Below, piece by piece: positions 1 to 10,444 of a DNA stretch of 64,000 nucleotides. The stretch comes from an uncultured Chloroflexia bacterium (GTDB taxonomy: Bacteria; Chloroflexota; Limnocylindria; QHBO01), in contig CAWGTN010000002.1 in the NCBI GenBank assembly GCA_963825525.1, forward strand, positions 1,280,001 through 1,344,000. The letters run 5' to 3'. Within the stretch, counting starts at the first letter, position 1, and each line of letters opens with the position of its first letter. The position numbers and the translations under genes are program-made. The notes under the pieces were generated by a model. That model saw nothing but the letters and a program-made list of their open reading frames with translations. It searched no databases and was not told the origin of the DNA.

Positions 1-58
1 CGCACCCATCCCCGAACCGGGATTCAGCCTGTTCCGGATGTGACGGCCCGCGCGATCC

Positions 59-840
59 TCAGGCCCGACTCGGCTCGGGGACCGGGAGCTCCGCGCGCTC
101 GATGTCGAAGCGCAGGCCGAAGAGCTCGACCGTGCGCGGCGCATCGATCTCCGCGGCCAGGGTGACGACGGCCGGGACGGCCATCTCGCGAAGGGGCACG
201 AAGCGCACGATGTGCGGGCCGATCTCCGCGACGGCGAGATCCGCCACCGCCCAGAAATCGATGCCGAGGTGCTCGTGGAAGCGTGCGGCCGCGGTCGGCG
301 GATCTTCGGCCGCGATGTCGAGGCGCGCCAGGCGACGGGTGAGCCGAGCGGATGTCGGCACGGGCCCGCTCGGCCATGGCCGCGTGGCCCCACTCCGCGC
401 CGACGTACGCGTGCTGGATGAGGAATGGGAGCCCATCCGGCGCCAACGCAGCTGTGGCACGGCGATCGACCATTCCACGACCTCGCCATCCGACCGAGTC
501 CGCTACCCTGCTGGCCGGCGCCGAATGCGCCTTCGGGCAGGGCCGCGACGGTCTACTCGAGCTCGTCGTCGAGCAGGGCATAGGCCGCCAGACCTGCGCC
601 CGAGCTTGCGCTGACGCCAGTGCCGCCGCGCCGACGGGACGCGTGCCGCGGCCTCGGCATCGTCGACGCCGATGAGCTCGAGGTACGTGCCGTCAGCCAG
701 CCAGGCGATGCGGTTGAAGGTTCCCATGCCGGCATGCCGCCCACCGCCGGTGCACGCAGGCCGAGTGATGCCTCGAGCTCGGTTGCGGCCGCGTCGGGAT
801 CGGCGCAGACGATGACCAGGTGGTCGATGCCGCGGATCAT
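59..840 (-). CDS. VOC/glyoxalase-like family protein (split by frameshifts)
   Basis: MIRGIDHLVIVCADPDAAA, then GTFNRIAWLADGTYLELIGV, then LPFLIQH and a C-terminal part, in successive frames; TAGGAT 7 nt before the ATG. Confidence 0.75.
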
Positions 841-880
841 GGGGACGATCCTACCAGCATCCGCTAGGCTCACCGGACCG

Positions 881-1695
881 ATGACCCAGACCGATCGGCC
901 CGCCCCGGGCTCCCACGACCGCAGCTCGCCGTCGGGCTCGCTCGAGACGAGTGCCGCGAATCTGTTCGACGCGATGCTTGCCGCGCGCGAGGCGGAGGAG
1001 CGCGGCGATGATCGCCGGCACGCTCGATGCGTTCTACCGGACCCTGATGAGCGGCACGCTGCTCCTTCCGGTGCCGCCGGAGCACGGCGAGCAGGCGAAG
1101 GACGCGCTCGCCTCTGCCGTCAACGACGACGAGCAGGTCGAGATCAGCGTGATGCTGGCCAAGGAGGCGGAGGGGCAACGCGGTCAGCGTGGGCTTCGGG
1201 TCAATCGGCGCGCTGGCGGCCTGGGCGCCGGCAAACACCGGCAATCTGCCGCTGCCGGCACGCATTGCGATCGCGAACCTGGCCGCGGCCGAGCTTGCCG
1301 GCGATCATGGACCCCGCCGGACCCGTCCCGTATCGATTCGACCCCGACGAGCTGGCCGCGCTGGCCGACGGCCGCATACCTGGCTCGAACCAGCCGCTCT
1401 TCGAACCCACCCGCCGGTCCTCCATCCGGGTCCGGGTTCCGCCAGGCCGATACGCGCGACCTCGAGACGAGGCTCGCCCGCGAGCTCGGCGACTACGGAC
1501 GTCGAACACGCCTACCTCGTCGAGACCGAGGCCGATGACGGGAGCCCGCGCCTCCTGCTCGGGTTGGTCGGCGAGCTCGGGACCACGGCCACCGTGGACG
1601 TCCCTGACGGAACCGACGTGGTGTGGCTGGAGGAGCCGCTGCTCGCCCAGGTTCGCGCCGTGGCCGATCCGTTCCACCGGCGTTCGGGCCGATGA
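881..1695 (+). CDS. SseB-like protein (several frameshifts)
   Basis: Pieces AFYRTLMSGTLLLPVP, GFGSIGALAAWAP, IMDPAGPVPYRF and VEHAYLVETEADDGSPRLLLGL resemble SseB N- and C-terminal domains. Confidence 0.55.
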
Positions 1696-2481
1696 CGAAC
1701 GGCCTCGAGGTCACCCGCGACGCCGGATTCGTTCGGGTCACGCTCGCGCGGCCGGAGGTGCGCAACGCGTTCAACGCCGAGCTCATCGAGGAGCTGCGGA
1801 CGACGTTCAGCCGGCTCGCCGATGAGCCGGCCGGGACCGTGCGGGGCGTTGTCCTGGCCGGCGAGGGCCGGGTCTTCTGCGCCGGGGCCGACGTGGCGTG
1901 GATGCAGTCGGCGATCGGGATGAGCATCGAGGAGAACGAGCGCGACGCAACGGCCATGCAGGCCATGTTCGAGGCCATCGACGCCTGCCCGATTCCGGTC
2001 ATCGCCCGCGTGCAGGGCGCGGCACTCGGCGGCGGCATGGGACTCTGCGCCGTCGGCGACATCGTGGTCGCCAGCGCCGATGCCTCGTTCGGGTTCACGG
2101 AGACGCAAGCTTGGCCTCATCCCGGCGGTGATCAGCACCTTCGTCGTCCCCAAGATCGGTCCGTCCCATGCGCGGGCGCTCTTCTCGACCGGCGAGCGGT
2201 TCGATGCGGAGCGTGCGCGGGCGATGGGCTTGGTCCACGACGTCGTGGCGGACGAGGAGTCGCTCGACGCGCGCATCGGCGACCTGGTGGCGGAGCTGAC
2301 CACCGCGGGTCCGATGGCCGCCCGCGCTTCGAAGGCGCTGCTGCGGGAGCTCGCCTCGCTCGGTCCGACCGAGGCGCGGCGCCACACGCCCCGCCATATC
2401 GCCCAGCAGCGAACGTCCAGCGAGGGGCAGGAGGGGCTTCGAGCATTCCTCGAGAAGCGGCCGCCGAGCTGGACCGACTAG
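1692..2481 (+). CDS. liuC: Enoyl-CoA hydratase, probable methylglutaconyl-CoA hydratase (frameshift near 2105)
   Basis: RPEVRNAF, FCAGAD, GAALGGG, TE.KLGLIP crotonase motifs; next to biotin carboxylase and HMG-CoA lyase. Confidence 0.85.
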
Positions 2482-2513
2482 CCATCCAATGACGTGCCGT
2501 CGGCTCGTGCCTG

Positions 2514-2535
2514 CGACAATCGCGACGTGAACGAC
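2514..2535 (+). promoter_or_regulatory. Candidate leaderless -10 (GACAAT, 2515-2520) overlapped by three CGAC direct repeats with 9-nt period
   Basis: CGAC at 2514, 2523 and 2532; GTG start at 2527. Confidence 0.5.
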
Positions 2536-4560
2536 ACGCTGTCCCCCAGGGAGGTGGCCGACGCGCTCGGCGTCACGGTGCGCACGGTCCAGCGCTGGAT
2601 CTCGAGCGGCCGGCTGACGGGGCATCGGGTCGGCGGGCGCATGCGCGTGGCACGGGCGTCATTGGGCCAGGTGACCGAGGGCGCGATGCCCGACCCGCCC
2701 CCGGCTCCCCGGATCTCGCGGCTGCTCATCGCGAACCGCGGCGAGATCGCGCGCCGCATCGCCCGGACGGCCCGCGACCTCGGGATCCTGTCGATCGGGA
2801 TCCGGGCACCGGACGACCTGATTCCGCGCGACGTCGACGACGTGCAGCCGGTCACCTCGTACCTCGACGCGGAATCCATCCTGGAGGCGGCGCGCGCCGC
2901 CAATGCGGATGCGATCCACCCGGGCTACGGCTTCGTTGCCGAGAATCCCGACGTCGCGCGGCGCGTGGCCGAGGCCGGGCTCACGTGGGTCGGTCCGCCG
3001 GCAGCCGCGATCTCGGCGATGGGAGACAAGGCCTCGGCACGTCGACTGGCCGCAGCTCACGGCGTCCCGACCGTCCCCGGCTACGACGGCGACGCCCAGG
3101 ATCATGCCGCGCTCGAGGCGGCCGCTGCCGAGATCGGCTATCCGCTGCTCATCAAGCCGTCCGCGGGCGGCGGCGGAAAGGGCATGCGAGTCGTCCACGA
3201 TCCGGCCGAATTGGCCGACGGCCTGGCCGCCGCCCGGCGTGAGGCAACGCGCGCCTTCGGCGACGATCGCCTGGTGCTCGAACGCTTCATGGGCGGCTCG
3301 CGCCACGTCGAGATCCAGGTCCTCTTCGACGCACACGGCGCCGGCGTCCACCTGGGCGAGCGGGACTGCAGCACCCAGCGTCGCAGTCAGAAGATCGTGG
3401 AGGAGTCACCCGCGCCGGGCATGACCGACGACCTTCGCGGCCGAATGGGCCGGGCGGCCCTCGCGGTCGCCGGAGCTGTCGGATATGTCAGCGCCGGGAC
3501 GGTCGAGATGCTCGTGACCGACTCCGGAGAGTTTTACTTCCTCGAGATGAATACTCGGCTCCAGGTCGAGCACCCGGTGACCGAGGCGGTCACCGGACGC
3601 GACCTCGTCGCCGATCAGCTGCGCATCGCGTCCGGCGCGACCCTGGGCGAGATCGGTCTGACGGACGCTCCGCCCTTCGTGGGGCATGCGGTGGAGGCGC
3701 GGGTCTACGCGGAGGATCCCGAAGCGGGCTTTCTGCCGGCCACCGGACGCATCGCCATGCTGCACTGGCCGACGGGCGTGAGGGTGGATGCCGGGATCGA
3801 GGAGGGCGACGAGGTCACCGATCGCTACGACCCGATGCTGGCCAAGGTCATCGCGCATGGCGCCACCCGGTCGGAGGCCATGGACCGGCTGCGATTGGCC
3901 CTGGACGCCACGACCATCCTGGGCCTCCGCACCAACGTGAGATTCCTGCGATGGCTGCTCGATCATCCGACCATGCGGTCGGGCGAGATGCGCACCGACA
4001 CCCTGGGCTCCATCGAGCTGCCCGAGCCGCCGATCCCGACCGAGGCGCACTGGGGCGTGGCAGCGCGGGCTTTGGCGCCGGCGGACGCCTCCGACCCGTG
4101 GAGCGACGGCTGGCGACTCAATGGTCCAACGGTGCGACGACTCCAGCACGACGGAGTCGAGCGCAGCGTTGCCGTCGAGCTCGGTACGGCCGCGGACGTT
4201 CCGACGGTGGCAGTGGACGGCAACCAGGTCCACGTCGACGTCGAAGGCCAGTCGATGGCGTTCGCGCTGGCCGATCCCCCATCGGTCGAGACGGCCGCCG
4301 CCCACGCATCGGGCGAGGCAGGCGGCCTGGCGACCCTCACGGCGCCCATGCCCGGGCGCGTGATCTCGGTTCGGGTGATGCCCAACGCGGCCGTCGCCGC
4401 ACGCGAGGCGATCGTCATCATCGAGGCGATGAAGATGGAGCACGCGGTGGTCGCCCCGATCGACGGCACGGTCGCCCGAATCAACGTCGAGGAGGGCCAG
4501 CAGGTCCAGCGCGGCGATCTCCTCGCCGAGATCGCGCCCTACCATGGCGAGCATGGTTGA
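2527..4560 (+). CDS. liuD: Acyl-CoA (probably 3-methylcrotonyl-CoA) carboxylase alpha subunit with N-terminal excisionase-type HTH
   Basis: LSPREVADALGVTVRTVQRWISSGRL HTH in frame with LLIANRGEIA, HPGYGF, GGGGKGMR, EMNTRLQVEHPVTE and biotinyl EAMKME. Confidence 0.9.
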   Translation: MNDTLSPREVADALGVTVRTVQRWISSGRLTGHRVGGRMRVARASLGQVTEGAMPDPPPAPRISRLLIANRGEIARRIARTARDLGILSIGIRAPDDLIPRDVDDVQPVTSYLDAESILEAARAANADAIHPGYGFVAENPDVARRVAEAGLTWVGPPAAAISAMGDKASARRLAAAHGVPTVPGYDGDAQDHAALEAAAAEIGYPLLIKPSAGGGGKGMRVVHDPAELADGLAAARREATRAFGDDRLVLERFMGGSRHVEIQVLFDAHGAGVHLGERDCSTQRRSQKIVEESPAPGMTDDLRGRMGRAALAVAGAVGYVSAGTVEMLVTDSGEFYFLEMNTRLQVEHPVTEAVTGRDLVADQLRIASGATLGEIGLTDAPPFVGHAVEARVYAEDPEAGFLPATGRIAMLHWPTGVRVDAGIEEGDEVTDRYDPMLAKVIAHGATRSEAMDRLRLALDATTILGLRTNVRFLRWLLDHPTMRSGEMRTDTLGSIELPEPPIPTEAHWGVAARALAPADASDPWSDGWRLNGPTVRRLQHDGVERSVAVELGTAADVPTVAVDGNQVHVDVEGQSMAFALADPPSVETAAAHASGEAGGLATLTAPMPGRVISVRVMPNAAVAAREAIVIIEAMKMEHAVVAPIDGTVARINVEEGQQVQRGDLLAEIAPYHGEHG

Positions 4561-5459
4561 CCACGACGTCCGCATCTACGAGGTGGGCCCACGGGACGGG
4601 CTGCAGAACGAGGCGGCGCCGATCCCCACGGCATCCAAGCTGCGCTTCATCTCGAAGCTGGCCGATGCAGGACTGCGCGAGATCGAGGCCACCAGCTTCG
4701 TGTCGCCGCGGGCCATTCCACAGTTGGCCGATGCGGACGAGCTGATGGCGGGGCTCGAACAGCGGCCGGGGGTCAGGTATCCGGTCCTGGTTCCGAACGA
4801 GCGGGGCATGGCCCGCGCCGAGGCCAGCGGCGCCCGGGCGGCAGCCGTCTTCACGGCGGCCTCGGAGCCGTTCACTCGTGCCAACATCAACATGACGATC
4901 GCGGAGTCGATCGAAGCATTTCGGCCCGTGATCGGCCGCGCGCGCGAGCTCGGATGGTGGACCCGCGCCTATGTCAGCACCGCGTTCGGATGTCCGTACC
5001 AGGGCGAGGTCGGCGAGGCTGCCGTGGTGGCCGTCGCGCAGGAGCTCGCGGCCCTGGGCGTGGATGAGCTGAGCATCGGCGACACCATCGGCGTTGCCGG
5101 CACCGTCGGACGTACGACGTGTCATCGACGCTCTCGAGACGGCCGGAATTGGCGTGGATCGGCTGGCCATGCACTTTCACGACACTCGCGGGACGGCGCT
5201 CGCCAACGTCGGCGCGGCCCTGGAGCGCGGCATTCGGTGCTTCGACTCCTCGACCGGCGGCACCGGCGGCTGTCCATATGCCCCCGGCGCGGCCGGCAAC
5301 CTCGCCACCGAGGACCTGGTCTATCTCCTCGACCGAGAGGGGCTGTCTCACGGCGTCAATCTGGACGGGGTGCTGGATGCGGCGCGCGACATCAGCGCAA
5401 CCCTGAATCGCCCGCTCGCGACGAAGGTGGGCCAAGCCGGTGGCTGGCGATTACCATAG
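4553..5459 (+). CDS. liuE: Hydroxymethylglutaryl-CoA lyase (frameshift near 5100)
   Basis: EVGPRDGLQNE, HFHDTRG, GGCPYAPGAAGNLATED. Confidence 0.92.
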
Positions 5460-5466
5460 GCGCCCG

Positions 5467-6453
5467 ATGGACGCCGACAGCCCAGCCCACCCCGAGCCGC
5501 GCCCCCTGATCCTCGACGTGGATACCGGGATCGACGACATGATCGCCCTGCTCATCGCGGCGACGAGTCCCGAGATCAACCTCCGTGGCGTCACCTGTGT
5601 CGCCGGCAACGTCGAGATCCACCACGTGGCGCGCAATACCGGCAAGATCCTGCGCATGGTCGGCCGCGGCGATGTCCCGGTCTCCATCGGGGCGGCTCGA
5701 CCGCTCCAGCGACGGCTGCGGACGGCCCCCGACACGCATGGGCCAACGGGAACCGGGTACGTCGAGCTGCGCGGCGAGGATCGCCAGCTCGGCACGACCG
5801 AGTACACCGCCATCCCGGCCAGCCGCTATCTCGGCGCGCATGTCGCCCGCCATCCCGGTGATGTCACGGTCCTCGCCCTCGGGCCGCTCACCAACCTCGC
5901 CTCGGCCGTGCAGCAGAACGTCGACCTGGCCGGGGGGACCCGCGAGGTCATCTGGATGGGAGGCACGCTCGAGGAGCGCGGGAACACGACCGAGACCGGC
6001 GAGTGGAACGCGTGCGTCGACCCGGAGGCAGTCGAGATCTGCCTGGCGGCAGGCGCCGTGCATCGCATGTTTCCGCTGGACGCCACGCAGGACATCGTGT
6101 TCAGCATGGACGACCTGCGCGCCCTGCCCGACACCCATCTCGCCGGCATCGTGCGCGACGCCATCCGCTTCTACGTCGCCTTCCACCAGAAGGCGGATGG
6201 CATCGACGGCGCGTACCTCCACGATCCCGTGGTCCTCATCGGCTCACTGCTGAGGCCGGACCTGGTGACGGAGACCGTGACCGAGCGACTGGCATGCGAC
6301 ACGAGCTCGGATGCCCACCTGGCGGGGAGCCTGTACCGCGCCGAGAACGACGACCGACCGTCCATCTCGGTAGCCACGGCGATTGACGCCGATGGCATGA
6401 AGTCGGAGCTCATCAAGCGCCTCGGCCGCGCCGTCGGCGCCCCCAACAGCTGA
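5467..6453 (+). CDS. Nucleoside hydrolase (IUNH family)
   Basis: DVDTGIDD, HGPTG, LGPLTNLA, EWNACVDPEA, YLHDP. Confidence 0.9.
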   Translation: MDADSPAHPEPRPLILDVDTGIDDMIALLIAATSPEINLRGVTCVAGNVEIHHVARNTGKILRMVGRGDVPVSIGAARPLQRRLRTAPDTHGPTGTGYVELRGEDRQLGTTEYTAIPASRYLGAHVARHPGDVTVLALGPLTNLASAVQQNVDLAGGTREVIWMGGTLEERGNTTETGEWNACVDPEAVEICLAAGAVHRMFPLDATQDIVFSMDDLRALPDTHLAGIVRDAIRFYVAFHQKADGIDGAYLHDPVVLIGSLLRPDLVTETVTERLACDTSSDAHLAGSLYRAENDDRPSISVATAIDADGMKSELIKRLGRAVGAPNS

Positions 6454-6485
6454 CCACGCGTCAAGGGACGGAGGAGAGGTCACCC

Positions 6486-7589
6486 ATGCTGCTTCGCTGG
6501 ATTGCTGCCGTTGCCGTGTTTCTCGTCGTCGCCGCCATCGGCATCGTCGGCTTTGGAAACTTCGAAACAGGCATCGACCCCGAGAGCTTCTTCGATAGCG
6601 AGGGGGCGAACTCGTTCGCGCTCGTTCTTGCAATTGCCGTCATCGTCGGGTTCGTCGCCTACGCGCTGGTCGAGTATCTCCAGACGAGGGCCCTCGCGTC
6701 GATCTCTCGCCAGTTCGACACCCGCACCATCGTGCTCATGCCGGTGGCCATCGCGATCAACATCATCCTGGGCGCGGCGGTGGCCAATGCGCTGAAGCTG
6801 CCGATCTACCTCGACAGCATCGGCACCATCCTGGTCGGCGCTCTGGCCGGACCCATTCCGGGCGCCCTGACCGGGTTCCTCTCGAACCTGCTGTGGACCT
6901 ACGTGATTCCGCCTCCCTTCCAGAACGGTCCGGCCGCGGCATTCGCCATCGTGGCCGCGGTCATCGGCCTGCTCGCCGGACTGGCCGGCCGGATGGGCTG
7001 GCTGCGGCCGCGCCCGAATCGGCCCCTCGGGCAGCTCGGCGTCGGCGCGATCATCACTGTCGGCATCGTCCTGGGCATGTCCTACCTCGCCTACCTCGGC
7101 TGGACATCGCCCGCATTCGCCGGCGAGGTGAACCTCGACGTCGCGGGGTCGGATGCGATCTTCGCCGTCCTCGGCTGGATCGTCCTGCTCCTGGTGGCCG
7201 GGACCGTGATCGGGCTGCTGGCCATGCTCTTCGTGCGGCGTGACCTGACCGCGGCCTACGTGGTCGTCGCCGGTTTGGCGACCGGCATCGTGGCCGCCCT
7301 CATCAGCGCACCGATCAGCGCCGGCGTGTTCGGTGGCGTGACTGGCGGCGGCACGGACTTCCTGGTTGCCGCACTGCGCCAGGCGGGCGTCGATATCGGC
7401 GCTGCCACCCTTGGCCAGGGTCTGATCAGCGATCCGATCGACAAGATCACGACCTTCTTCGTCGTCTACCTGATCCTCAGCGCCATGGCTCGCCGGACGA
7501 AGGCTCGCTTCCCGCAGGGCGAGCGCCTGATCGACGCCGAGGAGTCCGTCGTCGACGACTCAGGAGAGTGGCGGGGAGCGCCGGCCTGA
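6486..7589 (+). CDS. ECF transporter S component, QrtT/MtaT-like, with extra transmembrane segments
   Basis: AIAINII..LKLPIYLDSIGT..GP..GALTG..NLLW and FGGVTGGG..D.IDK; followed by T, A and A' genes. Confidence 0.8.
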   Translation: MLLRWIAAVAVFLVVAAIGIVGFGNFETGIDPESFFDSEGANSFALVLAIAVIVGFVAYALVEYLQTRALASISRQFDTRTIVLMPVAIAINIILGAAVANALKLPIYLDSIGTILVGALAGPIPGALTGFLSNLLWTYVIPPPFQNGPAAAFAIVAAVIGLLAGLAGRMGWLRPRPNRPLGQLGVGAIITVGIVLGMSYLAYLGWTSPAFAGEVNLDVAGSDAIFAVLGWIVLLLVAGTVIGLLAMLFVRRDLTAAYVVVAGLATGIVAALISAPISAGVFGGVTGGGTDFLVAALRQAGVDIGAATLGQGLISDPIDKITTFFVVYLILSAMARRTKARFPQGERLIDAEESVVDDSGEWRGAPA

Positions 7590-8395
7590 CCGCGGCACAC
7601 TCCGCGGGCCGGGGCATTCCCGACTTCCTGGGGCGCCCCGGCCCGAGCGCCTTCCATCGGCTCAACCCGCTCACCAAGGCGACGCTGGCCACGGTGACCG
7701 CCATCGCCGCGGTGGCCCTCGGCGGGCTCGCGGGGCCGGCGATTCTCGTGCTGGTGGCCGTGATCCTGCCGGCGCTGGTGGCCGAGGTCCTGGGCCGTCT
7801 GACGCGCACGGCGCTGCTGCTCGCGCTCCCCATCGCCGTCTCCGCGTTTCTCGTGAACCTCTTCTTCTTTCCGGGCGGCAGCACGGTGCTCTTTCAGTTC
7901 GGCCCGATCTCGGCCACCCTCGAGGGGCTCCGATTCGCTCTCGAGATCCTGGCGCGGATCCTCGCCATCAGCGGCGCGGTCACGCTCTTCTACCTGACCA
8001 CGCGCCCCGCGTCCCTGGTCATCGACCTCGAACGGCGGGGAGTCAGCTCGCGCGTGGGATTCGTTGCCAACGCATCGGTCCAGACCGTGCCCGCCATGGT
8101 CGAGCGCGCGTCACAGATCACGGCCGCGCAACGGGCGCGCGGGCTCGACACCGAGGGCGGTGTGTGGCGCCGCATTCGAGGCATCGTTCCGATCGTGGGG
8201 CCGGTGATCCTCGGCTCGATCGCGGAGGTCGAGGAGCGCACCATGGCCCTCGAGGCACGCGGATTCACGCGACCCGGGCGTCGGACGCTGCTGTGGGCGC
8301 CGCCTGACTCGGGACTCCAGGCCGCCGCTCGCTGGGCGATGGTCCTCGGCCTCGTCGCGCTGATCGTGGCGCGCGTCTCCGGGGTCCTGGCATGA
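7568..8395 (+). CDS. ecfT: ECF transporter transmembrane T component
   Basis: HRLNPLTK, AQRARG and ALEARGF coupling motifs. Confidence 0.9.
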   Translation: MAGSAGLTAAHSAGRGIPDFLGRPGPSAFHRLNPLTKATLATVTAIAAVALGGLAGPAILVLVAVILPALVAEVLGRLTRTALLLALPIAVSAFLVNLFFFPGGSTVLFQFGPISATLEGLRFALEILARILAISGAVTLFYLTTRPASLVIDLERRGVSSRVGFVANASVQTVPAMVERASQITAAQRARGLDTEGGVWRRIRGIVPIVGPVILGSIAEVEERTMALEARGFTRPGRRTLLWAPPDSGLQAAARWAMVLGLVALIVARVSGVLA

Positions 8396-9201
8396 CGCTC
8401 CAGCTCATCGGCGTCGGCTATCGCTACGCCGGATCGTCGAAGGCGGCCCTGCTTGATATCGACTTGTCATTGGACAACGGCGAGGTCGTGGGCGTCGTGG
8501 GCCCGTCCGAAGCGGGCAAGACGACCCTCTGCCTGGTGGCGGCCGGCCTCGCGCCGCGCACCGTGGGCGGGCAGGTGCGCGGGAAGATCCTGCTGGATGG
8601 TGATGCCGTCGATGACTGGCCGATGCATCGGCTCAGTGCGCAGATCGGCATCGGGTTCCAGAATCCGACGACGCAGCTGTCGCAGGTGGCCGCAACCGTA
8701 TTCGAGGAGGTCGCCTTCGGCCCGATGAACCTGGGCGTGGCTCGTGACGAGGTCGTGGCGCAGACCTGGACGGCGCTCGAGACGCTCCGCATCGATGGGC
8801 TGGCGGAACGTGATCCACTGCGATTGTCGGGCGGCCAGCAGCAGCTCGTCGCGATGGCCGGGTTGCTGGCGATGCGACCGAAGTATCTCGTCCTCGACGA
8901 GCCGACGGCGCAGCTCGACCCTGCCGGCACGCGGCTGGTGGCCGAGGCCATCGCCCGACTGGCGGACGACGGTGCGAGCATCCTCATCGCGGAGCAGAAG
9001 ACCGACCTCCTTGCCGAGATCGCCCGGCGGGTGGTGGTGCTGGATGGCGGGCGCATCGCCATGCAGGGTCCGGCGGGCGAGGTCCTCGCCGATCCGGGTC
9101 TTGGCGAGCTCGGCGTGCCGCTGCCCGCCTGGGTCGAGCTTCGGCGCAGGGCCGATGCCGCGGGCATCGATGTCGAGCGGCTGGAGCCTGCTCGTGGTTG
9201 A
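8392..9201 (+). CDS. ECF transporter ATPase A
   Basis: GPSEAGKT, FQNP, LSGGQQQ, LVLDEP. Confidence 0.9.
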   Translation: MTLQLIGVGYRYAGSSKAALLDIDLSLDNGEVVGVVGPSEAGKTTLCLVAAGLAPRTVGGQVRGKILLDGDAVDDWPMHRLSAQIGIGFQNPTTQLSQVAATVFEEVAFGPMNLGVARDEVVAQTWTALETLRIDGLAERDPLRLSGGQQQLVAMAGLLAMRPKYLVLDEPTAQLDPAGTRLVAEAIARLADDGASILIAEQKTDLLAEIARRVVVLDGGRIAMQGPAGEVLADPGLGELGVPLPAWVELRRRADAAGIDVERLEPARG

Positions 9202-10007
9202 CCTGCGCTGTGAGGGGCTGGTCCACGTCTATCGCGACGGAGGGGTCCGGGCACTGGACGGTGTCGACCTGCAGGTGCGGGCCGGCGAGCGCGTTGCGCT
9301 GATCGGGCAGAACGGCAGCGGCAAGACGACCCTGGTCCGGCATCTCAACGGCCTGCTGCGGCCAACCGAGGGCTCGGTCCTGGTGGACGGTGCCGATGCG
9401 GGGACGCTGACGGTGGCGCAGCTTGCCGCCCGGGTGGGCCTCGTCTTCCAGGACCCGGATCGCCAGATCTTCGCGAGCTCGGTCCAGGCCGAGGTGGAGT
9501 TCGGTCCGCGCAACCTGGGACGCTCCGGGCCGGAGCTGCGCTCGGCCGTCGCCGATGCCCTGCGCGCGACCGGCCTCGAGGCCGATACGTCCACCAACCC
9601 CTACGATCTCGGCCAGTCCCGCCGCAAGCTGCTGGCCCTCGCCTCGGTCCTGGCCATGAGCACCCCGGTCATCGTGCTCGACGAGCCGACCACCGGCCAG
9701 GATGCTCGCGGGGTGGAGCGGGTGCGTCGAGTGATCGATGCGGCCGCGGCCGCAGGCCGCACCGTCATCGCCATCAGCCACGACATGCGATTCGTCGCCG
9801 AGGCATTCGAGCGCGTGGTGGTCATGCGGAGCGGCAGCGTGATCCTGGATGGGACGCCCGCCGAGGTCTTCGCCGATGCGTCATCGGCAGCCCTGGAGTC
9901 AACGTACCTCGAGCCGCCACTCGCGGCCCGGTTGGGACATCGGCTCGGGACTGGGCCCGACGCCGACGGACGCCAGCCTGATCGCTCGGCTGGCCGCCGG
10001 TCAGTAG
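9194..10007 (+). CDS. ECF transporter ATPase A' (frameshift near 9950; stop inferred at 10005-10007)
   Basis: GQNGSGKT, FQDPDRQ, IVLDEPTTGQD, ISHDM. Confidence 0.85.
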
Positions 10008-10444
10008 AAGCCGGGTGGGGGCGGCAGCGGGCGGCCTTCGGCGTCGACCCGATCGGACTCGGGGAGATCGTCGCGATGCTCGCGCTCGCCCTGCGGTCCC
10101 GGGATCGGGAGCGCCATGATCGACGACGGCACCTCGTCCAAACGGTCAGTGATGCCGCGGAGCCCCAGCCGGCGGAGTGCGGGGGCAAATCGATCGGCAA
10201 AGTCCTCGCTGCGCAGGAGCGCGAACATGAGCGATGAGTGGGCGCGGTTCAGGAGCTCGATCGCGCGAGCACCCTCCGACGCGTTGACCTGGTTCAGACC
10301 GAGCTGGTTGTCGAGAATATCGATGGCCCGATTCGCCTCGCGGCGCGTCTGCCGGCTGAAGTGGGGGGTACGGTTGACGAGCACGCGTGTGCGGTAGAGC
10401 GCGTCGCGCACGCGACTGTCACGATCGAGGTGGCCCTGGGTCAT
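10001..10444 (-). CDS. Hypothetical protein (147 aa)
   Basis: MTQGHLDRDSRVRDALYRTRVLV... protein-like composition; TAGTAT 7 nt upstream of the ATG. Confidence 0.7.
   Translation of the reverse strand: MTQGHLDRDSRVRDALYRTRVLVNRTPHFSRQTRREANRAIDILDNQLGLNQVNASEGARAIELLNRAHSSLMFALLRSEDFADRFAPALRRLGLRGITDRLDEVPSSIMALPIPGPQGEREHRDDLPESDRVDAEGRPLPPPPGFY

Noticed and set aside
2527-2680. Excisionase-like HTH as a sign of a prophage or integrative element
   Set aside because: No integrase, att-like repeat or phage genes nearby; the domain is fused to a metabolic enzyme
5400-6490. preQ1 riboswitch ahead of the hydrolase or S component
   Set aside because: Intergenic gaps are only about 7 and 32 nt and lack the stem and A-rich tail
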